A stretch of 61,342 bases of DNA, filler included. It is 5 parts of 5 records of this genome, joined end to end, with 100 filler letters (N's around TTAATTAATTAA, not from the genome) between each part and the next. Parts side by side here need not be neighbours in the genome. Positions count along the whole stretch, not along the records: positions 21,196 to 35,632 come from SRR31147125_711; positions 35,733 to 45,108 come from SRR31147125_743; 3 more parts are not named here. One strand, given 5' to 3'. Each line of letters opens with the position of its first letter. Position 1 is the first letter of the stretch. The position numbers and the translations under genes are program-made. Shown here piece by piece: positions 30,432 through 40,701 of the stretch. The notes beneath the pieces were generated by a model that saw nothing but the letters and a program-made list of their open reading frames with translations, made no database searches and was not told the origin of the DNA.

Positions 30432-31931
30432 ATGAGAAAGATGATATTTATTAGATTTAAATCGATACGCCAAAAGATGTTGTTTTTTACCTTGATAATT
30501 ACAATGTTAATGACTGTAACAATATTATTAAACTTTTTGATTATAAAAAACACAACAAATAGAATTGATAATCTTTTTGAGAAAAATATATATCTAGAAG
30601 AGTACTCTAAGAATCTGAAGAGTTTGGATAATCATCTATATGATTATCTGTCTACTAAAAGTTCAGATAGTTTATATAAGTTTTTTTCATTTGATTCTGA
30701 ATTACGAGCGCAAATAGAGTTTGTAAATAGAGAGATTTTTAGCGAAGAGGGCAACATAGTTCTGAATGATTTGATTAATTTGACAAATGCGTATCTGCTC
30801 AATTCCGAACAAGCGATAAATGCCAAAAGAAGCAGAAAAACAGATGATTATACTGATAGATATATTTTTTCAAAAAAAGTATCAGGTTATATAGCTTACA
30901 AATTAGAGATATTAAATGATATTCAGTTTAAGCTTAACACCTCTGGTTATCTGAAGTTACGTGAAAATCTGGGGAGTATGATCATAATTGATTTGGTTAT
31001 TATAGTGATGGTATTTTTTATAACTATAATGTTTGATGTGTGGTATAGTTTTGAGTTCACTAAACCAATATTGAAGTTAACTGAAAATGCGGAGAAGATA
31101 TCAGCTGGAGAGCTTTCGGTTGCAGATGTAGAGGTAAATACAAATGATGAAATAGAACAACTGGCTAATACAATCAATAAAATGAAACATAATATAACTG
31201 AATCAATAGAGACTATTCAAGAAAACGCAAAACGAGAAGCAGAATTTAGCAAACAAAAAGTCCAATATCTAGAGATGAAGAATCTACTAAAAAGTGCTGA
31301 ATTAAAAGCCCTGCAAGCGCAAATTAACCCGCATTTTTTATTTAACACCTTAAATGCCGGTGTTCAGCTAGCAATGTTTGAGGATGCCGATAAAACAGGA
31401 TTATTTTTGGAAAAAATAAGTGAGATTTTCCGCTATAATTTAAAGGATATTAACCAAGCGATAAGTTTGCCAGAAGAGATAAGAAATGTGGAGAACTATA
31501 TCTATATATTAAAAATAAGGTTTGGTGATACATTTAGATTTGAGATAGAAAATAATATTGAGAATGCAGAAGAGATTAAACTACCTCTATTTACCCTGCA
31601 ACCACTGGTGGAAAATGCTTTTTCTCATGGTATAAAAGAGATGGAGGAGAATGGCTATATTAAGCTGTCATTAGATTACACACTAATTGATAAGCAAAAA
31701 TATGTCCAAATAAAGCTAAGTGATAATGGTCAAGGAATATCTGCTAAAAGAATCGATGATATTTTTAGTGGAGAGAGTTTGGAATCAACAAGTGGTAATG
31801 GTATAGGAATAAGAAATGTAATAAACAGATTAAAACTGTTTTTTCAACAGGATGTTTTATTAATCAAGGGAAAAGATGGGCTGGGAACAGAGATAATTCT
31901 AAATATCCCAATTAAAACAATTGATAATTAA
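30432..31931 (+). CDS. LytS/YesM-type sensor histidine kinase
   Basis: 2 TM, HAMP (DEIEQLA), LQAQINPHFLFNTLN, LQPLVENAFSHG, DNGQG, GIGIRNV. Confidence 0.95.
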   Translation: MRKMIFIRFKSIRQKMLFFTLIITMLMTVTILLNFLIIKNTTNRIDNLFEKNIYLEEYSKNLKSLDNHLYDYLSTKSSDSLYKFFSFDSELRAQIEFVNREIFSEEGNIVLNDLINLTNAYLLNSEQAINAKRSRKTDDYTDRYIFSKKVSGYIAYKLEILNDIQFKLNTSGYLKLRENLGSMIIIDLVIIVMVFFITIMFDVWYSFEFTKPILKLTENAEKISAGELSVADVEVNTNDEIEQLANTINKMKHNITESIETIQENAKREAEFSKQKVQYLEMKNLLKSAELKALQAQINPHFLFNTLNAGVQLAMFEDADKTGLFLEKISEIFRYNLKDINQAISLPEEIRNVENYIYILKIRFGDTFRFEIENNIENAEEIKLPLFTLQPLVENAFSHGIKEMEENGYIKLSLDYTLIDKQKYVQIKLSDNGQGISAKRIDDIFSGESLESTSGNGIGIRNVINRLKLFFQQDVLLIKGKDGLGTEIILNIPIKTIDN

Positions 31932-31958
31932 GACTTAAATCGGTGAGAGGAGTAAATA

Positions 31959-33526
31959 GTGTATAAGTTCTTGATAGTAGATGACGAACAGATTGTCTTA
32001 AACTCGATGACACATATATTAAATAAAAATTTTGGAGATCAAATTGAGATAGAGCTTGCCAAAAGCGGATTTAAAGCGATAGAGAAAGCAATAGAGTTTA
32101 ATCCAGATGTAGTTTTTATGGATATAAATATACCAGGGATCAAAGGTTTGGATGTAATAAAGGAGCTAAAAAAGTAGTATCAAACGCAGAATATTTTATC
32201 ATATCCGCCTATGATAAATTTAGCTATGCTAAAGAAGCGATTCAGCTAGGTGTAATAGATTATATATTAAAACCTCTGAATAAGGAGAGGTTGTTGGAAA
32301 TAACTCTACAAGCAATGGAAAAGGTAGATGAAAATCGAGGTAAACGAATCGAAAATCTCAAACTTCGTGAAAAAGCCGAAATGTTTTCACCAATAGTAAA
32401 AGAGAATCTAATGTACAATATTATGTTTAAAGAGCATGCGGTTAATGAACGAGCCAGATATTTTGAACTACTAAACCTAAATGAACATGAAGGTTATGTG
32501 TTGATAATAAGCTTTAGCAAAGAAAATATAGAAAATCTGCAAGAAATGATGAGCAAAATAAATAGTTCTATATCCAATAGATTGGATATAGACAAGTCAA
32601 TATTTAAATCAGTTTTAGGTAATAAATTAGTTATGTTTGTACCTGAAGCGAAAAAACAAACTGATTATTTTGATAGAATGATTTCAGTTAAATTTTCGGA
32701 AAAGATATCAAATGTTTTACAAACACTAAGTGAACATAATTATAAAATGGGAATAGGATCAAACAGGAAATTGAATGACTTAACTCTGTCTTTTGATGAA
32801 GCTAATAGAGCAATAATACTGGGAGAGAAACAGATAAACTATTTTCCAGATATTAAAAACAGTGTAAGTGATAATAGCTTTGATATTTATAAATATAGTG
32901 ATAAGTTTCTGGAGGAATTAATAAATACTAACATTGAGAAAACAGAGCTTTTTATTGATAAAAGTTATGATAATCTAAAAAAACAAGCGGATAATAAAAT
33001 TAAGCTATTGCAATCATTAATAATAAAGCTATTCATTGACATTGAAGGGCACATGGATAAAAATACTAACTCAGAACCTTTAATGGCTAACAATGAAATT
33101 AAAGAGATACTTATGTATGAAAATGAAAATAATATAAAACAGTTTTATCTAAAAAAATGTAGAATAGTTAAATTAAATGGTGAAAAATCACTGGAGTTAT
33201 CCTACTCTGGGTATATAAAATACGCAATAAACTATCTAAATACAAGATACAGTAAGGAGATATCACTAGAGGAGATAGCAGGTGATCTATATATTAGTCC
33301 CCAATATCTGAGCAAACTATTCAAAGAGGAGACAGGGAAGAATTTCATTGATTCGCTAAATGAGATTAGAGTTAAACATGCCACAGAACTACTAGAGAAA
33401 AGTAGCAAAAATGTAAAAGAGATAGCATTTGAAGTTGGCTATAATGACCCAAACTATTTTTCTAGAATATTCAAGAAATGGACTAAATTTACACCGAAGG
33501 AGTATAGGAAAAATATCAATGTCTAA
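31959..33526 (+). CDS. YesN-type response regulator (REC + AraC); frameshift near 32170
   Basis: LIVDDE..MDINIPG; restoring one A in the run gives ISAYDKFSYAKEAIQLG..YILKP, continuing into 32291-33526 with AraC HTH (SPQYLSKLFK, VGYNDPNYFSRIFKK). Confidence 0.9.
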
Positions 33527-33536
33527 AGGAGATGAC

Positions 33537-34568
33537 ATGGTAGAGATAAAGAGTAATTTTTATGAAAAGATATTAATTTTATTTATGCTAATTTTATTTT
33601 TATTGCTGTTTAGCTCATGTAAAAAAACAGATGATAATAAAATAATGATAGGTCTTTCTATGGGCTCTCTAGTACTGGATAGATGGCAGAAGGATAGAGA
33701 TATCCTGCTAGAAGCTATACAAAAAAATGGTGGAGAGCTTCAGATAAGATATGCTCATGATAATCCGGAACTGCAGAGTAAACAGATATTTGAATTAATA
33801 GATTCAGGTATGGATGTAATAATAATAATTCCACATTCAAAAGATAAATTAACAGAAGTATTAAATTATGCTAAAAGAAAAAGAGTAAAAATTATCTCAT
33901 ATGACAGGCTGATTTTGAATGCACCAGTTGACCTGTATATCTCATTTAACACTATAAAAGTAGGTGAACTTATTGCGGAATCAATCCTGAACTACAGAAG
34001 AAGGGGGAAGTTTGTAATAATAAACGGACCGAAAAGTGATGAAAACTCACTCTATTACAACAAGGGGATAATGAATGTATTGAACCTGTATATGGCAAAT
34101 GGAGATGTTGAGATAGTTGAAAATATATGGGCGAAGGATTGGCGTGAAACCTCTGCATATGATGAAATTAATAGGCTACTAACAGAGGGGAAGCAGATAG
34201 ATGCGGTAATAGCGGGAAATGATATATTAGCAGAAGGTGCAATAACTGCGCTAATAGAAAATAATAAACTAGTTCCTGTAGTTGGTCATGATGCCGATTT
34301 GTCAGCGTGCCAAAGGATAGTAGAGGGAACTCAAGTGGGAACCGTGTATAAGGATTTTGCTCGTTTAGCATCATTTGTAGGTAAAATTGCAGTTAATATG
34401 GCAAAAGGCAAGCAGATATATCATAATGAACTGATCAATAACGGTGAAAGTGATATTCCTACATACCTAATTAATGATAGCATGAGCATTATTAACAAAG
34501 AAAATATTGATTCTAGGATAATTCACCTGGGTATCTATAAACGTGGAGATGTATATTTAAATAAATAA
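33537..34568 (+). CDS. D-xylose-type ABC sugar-binding lipoprotein (XylF-like)
   Basis: ATG 33537 after AAGGAG; FSSC lipobox; RWQKDRD, ISYDRLI, NDILAEG, GHDADLSACQRIVEGTQ..TVYK. Confidence 0.88.
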   Translation: MVEIKSNFYEKILILFMLILFLLLFSSCKKTDDNKIMIGLSMGSLVLDRWQKDRDILLEAIQKNGGELQIRYAHDNPELQSKQIFELIDSGMDVIIIIPHSKDKLTEVLNYAKRKRVKIISYDRLILNAPVDLYISFNTIKVGELIAESILNYRRRGKFVIINGPKSDENSLYYNKGIMNVLNLYMANGDVEIVENIWAKDWRETSAYDEINRLLTEGKQIDAVIAGNDILAEGAITALIENNKLVPVVGHDADLSACQRIVEGTQVGTVYKDFARLASFVGKIAVNMAKGKQIYHNELINNGESDIPTYLINDSMSIINKENIDSRIIHLGIYKRGDVYLNK

Positions 34569-34688
34569 AATATGAAGTAACTCGGAAAAGAGTGCTTTAA
34601 ACTCTAGTAAAAAATAAACAATACGGCACTTTATGTAAAAATATTTTAATAAGCATACAAAATAAGTTTAAAGAGTAAATTTATATAA

Positions 34689-34717
34689 TTGACAAGAAAA
34701 TAATAACGATATATAAT
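34689..34717 (+). promoter_or_regulatory. Consensus sigma70 promoter
   Basis: TTGACA-17 nt-TATAAT, perfect match. Confidence 0.85.
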
Positions 34718-34773
34718 GTTAGTACAATTTACTGGGAATGGAATATAAAAACATAAGGGAGATGAAGGAAAAT

Positions 34774-35544
34774 ATGAAAAATTTAATATTAGGAGTAATG
34801 CTTTTACTTTTTTTGTCGGCTTGCGATAGTGATTCGGGAGTTAGCTCTAACACTGATACAGGTATCGATGATGGAAATGGGAAAGTAGTTGTATCTGTAA
34901 ACTTATCAGATGTTTCAAGTGAAGAAGATAAAAGTAGGGTTATTTATTCTGACACAACAAATATTATTTTAAGGGCATACAATTCTGATAGAAGTGTGTA
35001 TTCAGATACAGAGATATCAGCAGGTTCGAATCAGACTGTTGAACTGTCGTTACCAGAAGGAACTTATACGCTAGAGGCTTTAGCAATAAAAGAAAAATCT
35101 TCTGTTTGTACGCTTCTGTCAGCGGGATCTCAATCTGAACTTGTCATTTCGCCAAATACAATGTCAAGTGCTTCAATAACAATGGCTAAACCAACTTTTT
35201 CAGTTACATATAAAAATGAATCTGGTGATGAGATAACTGAGTTTACTTCTGGAGAAATAGTTACATTTTCAATGCAAAGTTCATTAACATCAAATGCAAT
35301 ATTTAATTCTATAAGTTATAGGTTATATGACACTAGCGGTGATAACGTTATTTTGAAATTTACGGATTCATCTCAAACGGATTCGTTTACAGTACCAAGT
35401 GTAAATGAGGTGAGTGTTTATACAGTCAAGCCGCATTATCAAATGCATAGCTCATATTACGGAAGTTTTATTAATTATAGCCCAACGGAATCTAATATAA
35501 CAATTAATCCAGAAAGTAGTGGAGTTATTGTGACACTAGATTAA
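34774..35544 (+). CDS. Ser/Thr-rich beta-sandwich lipoprotein of unknown function
   Basis: MKNLILGVMLLLFLSAC lipobox; LPEGTYTLEA Ig/transthyretin-like motif. Confidence 0.8.
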   Translation: MKNLILGVMLLLFLSACDSDSGVSSNTDTGIDDGNGKVVVSVNLSDVSSEEDKSRVIYSDTTNIILRAYNSDRSVYSDTEISAGSNQTVELSLPEGTYTLEALAIKEKSSVCTLLSAGSQSELVISPNTMSSASITMAKPTFSVTYKNESGDEITEFTSGEIVTFSMQSSLTSNAIFNSISYRLYDTSGDNVILKFTDSSQTDSFTVPSVNEVSVYTVKPHYQMHSSYYGSFINYSPTESNITINPESSGVIVTLD

Positions 35545-35567
35545 TAATCAAAATAAAATCAATAACA

Positions 35568-35604
35568 ATGCAAAAAGAGCCAAAATGTTTGGCTCTTTTT
35601 GCAT
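35568..35604. terminator. Intrinsic terminator
   Basis: 17-bp perfect stem ATGCAAAAAGAGCCAAA / TTTGGCTCTTTTTGCAT. Confidence 0.85.
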
Positions 35605-35632
35605 ATCATAGTAAAGTATAGATTTTGTAAGT

Positions 35633-35732
35633 NNNNNNNNNNNNNNNNNNNNNNNNNNNNNNNNNNNNNNNNNNNNTTAATTAATTAANNNNNNNNNNNN
35701 NNNNNNNNNNNNNNNNNNNNNNNNNNNNNNNN
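35633..35732. other. Artificial contig spacer
   Basis: N44-TTAATTAATTAA-N44. Confidence 0.99.
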
Positions 35733-36763
35733 ACGGCGAGATGGTGTCCTGGCGCAAGGTCCACGGTATGCTGGATGCCAACGCCGGCCCTTTGATCAGC
35801 GCGTGGTGCTACGTGGAAGCTTCAGGCGACATAAATTGGGCCAGCGGTCGTATCGGCACTTTGGAGTTTCTCGCGGAATACCTCGACAAACGGGACCTGG
35901 ACGGTAATGGTCTCGTGGAATCAGTATATTCCGGAAATTATGGCACGCAAATAGGCCGCCTCGGCGCCTCGGCATACGATACAATCAACTCGGGCTACGA
36001 AGACGCCTACCTTAATGCGTTGACCTACCGTGCATGGCGCTGCCTGGCTGATCTGGAACGAAAACTTCAACGTGAGGAACGCGTGGACCATTACTCCCAG
36101 CTGGCAGACCGCTTGAAGGCTGCCTACAAAGACCGGTTCTACAACCCCAGGACCGGCTGGCTTGCGTGGTGGCTCAGCAAGGACGGAGAACTGCACGATC
36201 TGGCCGCGCCCCTGGTTACCAGTATCGCGATCATGTACGGCTTGGTAGATCCGGCCGATGGTCGTTTGATGCTGGACAAGCTCTGGGCAAAGATCGATGC
36301 GGTGGGCTTTGAGCGTTTTGACCTGGGTATCCCCCTGACCCTGGAGCCCATCCGCAAGGGCGATTATTCGCAGCCGAAACCTGGCCGATCCGCCGGGACC
36401 TATGGCCGACCTGTCCGCGAAGATGGGAGCGACACCTTTCAACAATACCTGAATGGTGGCTGCTGCGTGAGTGATACCTACTATTTCCTGATAGCGCTGT
36501 ATATGCTCAACCAGGAGGAACGTGCAGAACGTATTCTTTCGGCCATGCTGCAACGCCAGGTGAAAGGAGTTTTCGAGAATGGCGGCGGATTCCAAAACGG
36601 CGTGGTGGACGAATTTCCACGCGGTGCCGAGTTTTACGATTGGAGCGGTAACACAACAGGCTATGAGGGCCACCTCGTTTACAGTTACTCTTTCCTGCAG
36701 GCTGTGCTCTACCGCGACGAATCCATGCGCCACAAAGTACTTCATCCTCTTTGGGAACGGTAG
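35733..36763 (+). CDS. C-terminal part of an (alpha/alpha)6-barrel glycosidase-like protein (5'-truncated)
   Basis: Frame open from the contig edge; DLDGNGLVE, DAYLNALTYRAW, LKAAYKDRFYNPRTG, YLNGG resemble six-hairpin glycosidases; family unresolved. Confidence 0.7.
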
Positions 36764-37232
36764 TGCCGGACGGATGCAGGAGTATACACAAGTTACCCTT
36801 TTTGCCGCGTTGCCTCGCAAGGCCTGGCTGAAACAATAGTTCCCAACCACGAGCAGGGAGTGCCAGCTTACAGGCATCGATACCTTGATGCACAAAAGAA
36901 AATTATGATACTTTATCGTTTATGAATTGGGATTGAAATATGTGTATGATCATCAATTTATTGATCATGCTGTTTTTTTTATGAATATTTCTTGTCCGGA
37001 TAAGAAGAAAAATGCACAACCCGAACCAGGTGTACTCTATTTATCATCGATGGATTGGCTTGTGGAATTCTTGGAAAATTAAATTGGTGTATTGAAAATT
37101 AGGAATATTTTTTTTAAATGAATTGTCAATGCCGCTATTTGTGAAAATAACCTGCGCGAAATTTTTAGTGGCAATTTTGTTAATAGAATTTGAAAAGAGA
37201 GAAAGATTGAATATAAATTAAAGGCGATTATT

Positions 37233-39890
37233 ATGTGGTCTGCAAAATCTATTAGAGCGGTACTCAGGGAACTAGATGTTGATCAGCAAACCGGACTTTC
37301 TGAAGAAGAAGTTAAAGCCAGACTTTTAAAATACGGCCCGAATAAACTTGAAGGGAAAAAGAAAAAAACAATTTTGCAATTATTTATTGCCCAGCTACAG
37401 GACACTCTTATCTATGTATTGTTTGCCGCAGTTATTATCACTCTTTTTATGGGAGAGTATATTGATTCGATCATAATTCTTCTGGTAATTATTATTAATG
37501 CTGTCCTTGGTGTAGCACAGGAAGTGAAAGCAGGAAAGGCAATTGAGGCTCTTCGGAAAATGTCAGCGCCAAAGGCACTTGTTAAAAGGAATGGAGAAAT
37601 AAAGGAGATTGAATCTGAAAAGGTTGTCCCGGGCGATATTCTTATACTTGATGCTGGAAGATTTATTGCTGCAGATCTCCGCTTAATTGAATCAGCAAAT
37701 CTGCAAATAGAAGAATCAGCTCTTACAGGTGAATCGGTTCCTTCAGATAAAGATGCGAAAATTGTTCTTGATAATCCCCAGACACCTTTAGGGGATCGGG
37801 TAAACTCGGCTTTTATGTCAACACTTGTTACTTATGGAAGAGGTGTTGGCGTTGCTGTTGAAACCGGCATGAGAACGCAAGTGGGAAAAATTGCGGATGT
37901 TATTGATACGGAAGAAGCACCCACACCTCTGGAAATAAGGCTTGATGAACTTGGAAAAACTCTGGGCAAACTGGCAATTGCTGTCTGTGTTTTGTTCTTT
38001 GCAGTAGCGTTAGTTCAGGGTCGGGATTTGGCAGAAATGTTTTTAACTGCTGTTTCACTTGCTGTTGCATCCATTCCGGAAGGACTTGCAGCTATTGTTG
38101 CTGTTGTTCTTTCGATAGGTGTAACAATCATGTCAAAGAAGAACGCAATCATCAAAAGATTACCTGCCGTTGAAACCCTAGGATCTGTTAATATTGTATG
38201 TTCCGACAAAACCGGAACACTTACCCAAAACAAAATGACAGTTACGAATTATTATAACCTGAGCGAAGGTGACGTTTCTGTTGAAGAAGAAGAGGGGAAT
38301 AATCCGACAAAAAGTGCTAAATTACTTGCCACAGCTATGATACTTTGTTCAGATGCTACTTTTGAGCACGGTGAAGGAACAGGCGACCCTACAGAAATTG
38401 CACTGCTAACCTTTGGGGATGATCTTGGTATCGACCGGCAAAATCTAAATGAAACGAATAAACGTGTTGGAGAACTGCCTTTTGAATCTGACCGTAAATT
38501 AATGTCCACACTCTCGGAGGAAGATGGAACGCTGACCGTTTATACGAAAGGTGCAATTGATAGTATTGTCAATAAATGTTCCCACGTAATGGAAAACGGG
38601 CAAGTAGTTCCGTTTACGGATGCACACAAACAACAATACTCCATAGCCACAGAAAATATGTCCACTCAGGCCCTTCGTACACTGGCTGCAGCTTATAAAC
38701 CTGTAGATTCCATTATCGGTCCTTCTGAAATGGAAAAAGATTTAATTCTTTTGGGTCTTGTAGGGATGATTGATCCGCCACGAGATGAAGTAAAGCTCTC
38801 CATCCAAAAAGCAAAAAGCGCAGGCATCACAACTATAATGATTACCGGCGACCACAAGAATACCGCATTTGCCATTGCTCATGATCTTGAGATCGCTGTA
38901 AAAAAAGATCAGGTCATTACAGGAGTGGAGATTGATAATTATTCTGATGAAGAATTTACAAACATGATTCATAATTATCGGGTTTTTGCACGGGTGTCAC
39001 CTCAACATAAAGTAAAAATAGTACGCGCTCTAAAATCCCGTGGAAATATTGTATCAATGACAGGCGATGGCGTAAATGATGCACCATCCTTGAATACGGC
39101 TGATATTGGTGTTGCAATGGGAATTACCGGTACTGATGTTGCAAAGAGCGCATCGGATATGATCCTTACAGATGATAATTTTTCTACTATTATTTCTGCT
39201 ATTGAGCAGGGAAGAAATATTTATAATAACATCAAGAAATCTGTTATTTTTCTTTTAACAAGTAATCTGGGAGAAGTCGTATCCATGTTTGTTGCCATTC
39301 TTATGGGATTACCGGCACCATTGATTGCTACCCAGCTCTTGTGGATTAATCTTCTGACAGATTCTCTCCCTGCTATCGCCCTTGGTATGGATCCGGGGGA
39401 TCCTGATGTGATGAAAGAAAAACCGCGTCCTCCCAAAGAAAGTTTTTTTGCACATGGCGGAGGGATACGTGCTTTATCAGGTGGAATATTAATTGGTGCC
39501 CTGACACTTTTTGCTTTCTGGTATGGATTTTATGAACATGGATATAATCCCTTGGATGATTCTATCCCGGAAAATATTACAAGATATGCACGAACAATGG
39601 CTTTTATGACCATCATTTCATGTCAGCTGTTCTATTCACTCGCTTTCAGAAATAGTGTAAAATCTATTTTCCAGATTGGAGTTTTTTCAAATAAATATCT
39701 GATTGGCGCTATTGTATTGGGCTTGCTCCTGCAGTTAATTGTAATTGGTGTTCCCGCAATGCAGCATGCTTTTAAATTAGAAATGCTTGATTCCAATGGT
39801 TGGTTGATAGTCATTTTACTGGGATTGGTTCCTCTGGCATTTAATGAAATTACTAAAATATTTATACGTTCCAGGAGGAAAAATAGTTAA
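37233..39890 (+). CDS. Calcium-translocating P-type ATPase (type IIA)
   Basis: YGPN, LTGES, IPEGL, CSDKTGTLT, KGA, DPPR, MITGD, TGDGVNDAP, WINLLTD. Confidence 0.96.
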   Translation: MWSAKSIRAVLRELDVDQQTGLSEEEVKARLLKYGPNKLEGKKKKTILQLFIAQLQDTLIYVLFAAVIITLFMGEYIDSIIILLVIIINAVLGVAQEVKAGKAIEALRKMSAPKALVKRNGEIKEIESEKVVPGDILILDAGRFIAADLRLIESANLQIEESALTGESVPSDKDAKIVLDNPQTPLGDRVNSAFMSTLVTYGRGVGVAVETGMRTQVGKIADVIDTEEAPTPLEIRLDELGKTLGKLAIAVCVLFFAVALVQGRDLAEMFLTAVSLAVASIPEGLAAIVAVVLSIGVTIMSKKNAIIKRLPAVETLGSVNIVCSDKTGTLTQNKMTVTNYYNLSEGDVSVEEEEGNNPTKSAKLLATAMILCSDATFEHGEGTGDPTEIALLTFGDDLGIDRQNLNETNKRVGELPFESDRKLMSTLSEEDGTLTVYTKGAIDSIVNKCSHVMENGQVVPFTDAHKQQYSIATENMSTQALRTLAAAYKPVDSIIGPSEMEKDLILLGLVGMIDPPRDEVKLSIQKAKSAGITTIMITGDHKNTAFAIAHDLEIAVKKDQVITGVEIDNYSDEEFTNMIHNYRVFARVSPQHKVKIVRALKSRGNIVSMTGDGVNDAPSLNTADIGVAMGITGTDVAKSASDMILTDDNFSTIISAIEQGRNIYNNIKKSVIFLLTSNLGEVVSMFVAILMGLPAPLIATQLLWINLLTDSLPAIALGMDPGDPDVMKEKPRPPKESFFAHGGGIRALSGGILIGALTLFAFWYGFYEHGYNPLDDSIPENITRYARTMAFMTIISCQLFYSLAFRNSVKSIFQIGVFSNKYLIGAIVLGLLLQLIVIGVPAMQHAFKLEMLDSNGWLIVILLGLVPLAFNEITKIFIRSRRKNS

Positions 39891-39937
39891 AAGCGTGGTA
39901 AAACGAAGAGTTGATCGATATAACAAGGAAATATCCG

Positions 39938-40411
39938 ATGAAAAATAAGGATAAGACCATTCAATGGATAAATGTGATTTTGCATGAGGTGTCAAAACTT
40001 GATGATAATAAAGGAATTGAATTATTACACGTATGTGGTGGAGAATGTGCAAAGACATCAATAATTCTTAAAGGTGCTGTTAAAATTAGAAAAGAATATG
40101 GAAAGGCTGATGATCTTGATAAATTATTTGAGGCTTTTAAAATACAATATTATAACACATCAAGACTCATGAAAAAAGGGAATAAAATTATTCTTGTTTT
40201 TAAAGAGTGTACCTGCCCTCTGGTTAAAGCAGGAGTTACTAATTCTTATTTATGTAATTGTACCCTGGGGTATACCAGGAAAATTTTTGAAACACTGTTT
40301 GACAGAACAATAAAAGTGGATTTGCAACAATCGATTTTAAAAGGCAATAAAATATGCAAACAAATTATAACCCTTGGAAAAAAAGATTTCAGAGTTATTG
40401 TCAATAGGTGA
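39938..40411 (+). CDS. Cys-rich hypothetical protein (DUF6144/V4R-like metal-binding)
   Basis: CGGECA, ECTCPLV, LCNCTLGY, SILKGNKIC; likely ATG 39938. Confidence 0.7.
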   Translation: MKNKDKTIQWINVILHEVSKLDDNKGIELLHVCGGECAKTSIILKGAVKIRKEYGKADDLDKLFEAFKIQYYNTSRLMKKGNKIILVFKECTCPLVKAGVTNSYLCNCTLGYTRKIFETLFDRTIKVDLQQSILKGNKICKQIITLGKKDFRVIVNR

Positions 40412-40442
40412 ACATGGATTAACGATAGATATGTGAAGTAAA

Positions 40443-40495
40443 GTATAACGTCAAAAAGTGCCGGACTAAAACAGTCGATTTTTGACGCGTTATTT
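40443..40495. repeat. Imperfect inverted repeat/hairpin
   Basis: ATAACGTCAAAAA...GACT-AAAAC-AGTC...TTTTTGAC(GC)GTTAT. Confidence 0.6.
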
Positions 40496-40701
40496 AAGGG
40501 GACCATCCGCTCAGCCACAATATCAGGCTTGCCTGAAGTTGTGATACCTGGTGATTTAATTGTGTATAATATTTAAGGGGAAAAAATCTCGTTAAATTAA
40601 AAGAATTCTGGTTCATTATTTCCAAATATTTTCTAAATTACATCTAGTGTAAAAGAAGAGTCATATTTCAACTCGGTACCTGAATTTAGGAACCTATACC
40701 T

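Noticed and set aside
35921-36895. 324-aa minus-strand ORF
   Set aside because: Antisense shadow of the GC-rich plus-strand gene; no recognisable motifs.
36900-37232. Mn/Mg riboswitch upstream of the P-type ATPase
   Set aside because: No yybP-ykoY or M-box conserved motifs recognisable by eye.
40443-40495. Integron attC site
   Set aside because: Has AAC...GTT ends but is only 53 nt, pairs continuously next to the R boxes rather than showing the unpaired spacer/L-box layout, and no second site or intI is seen.
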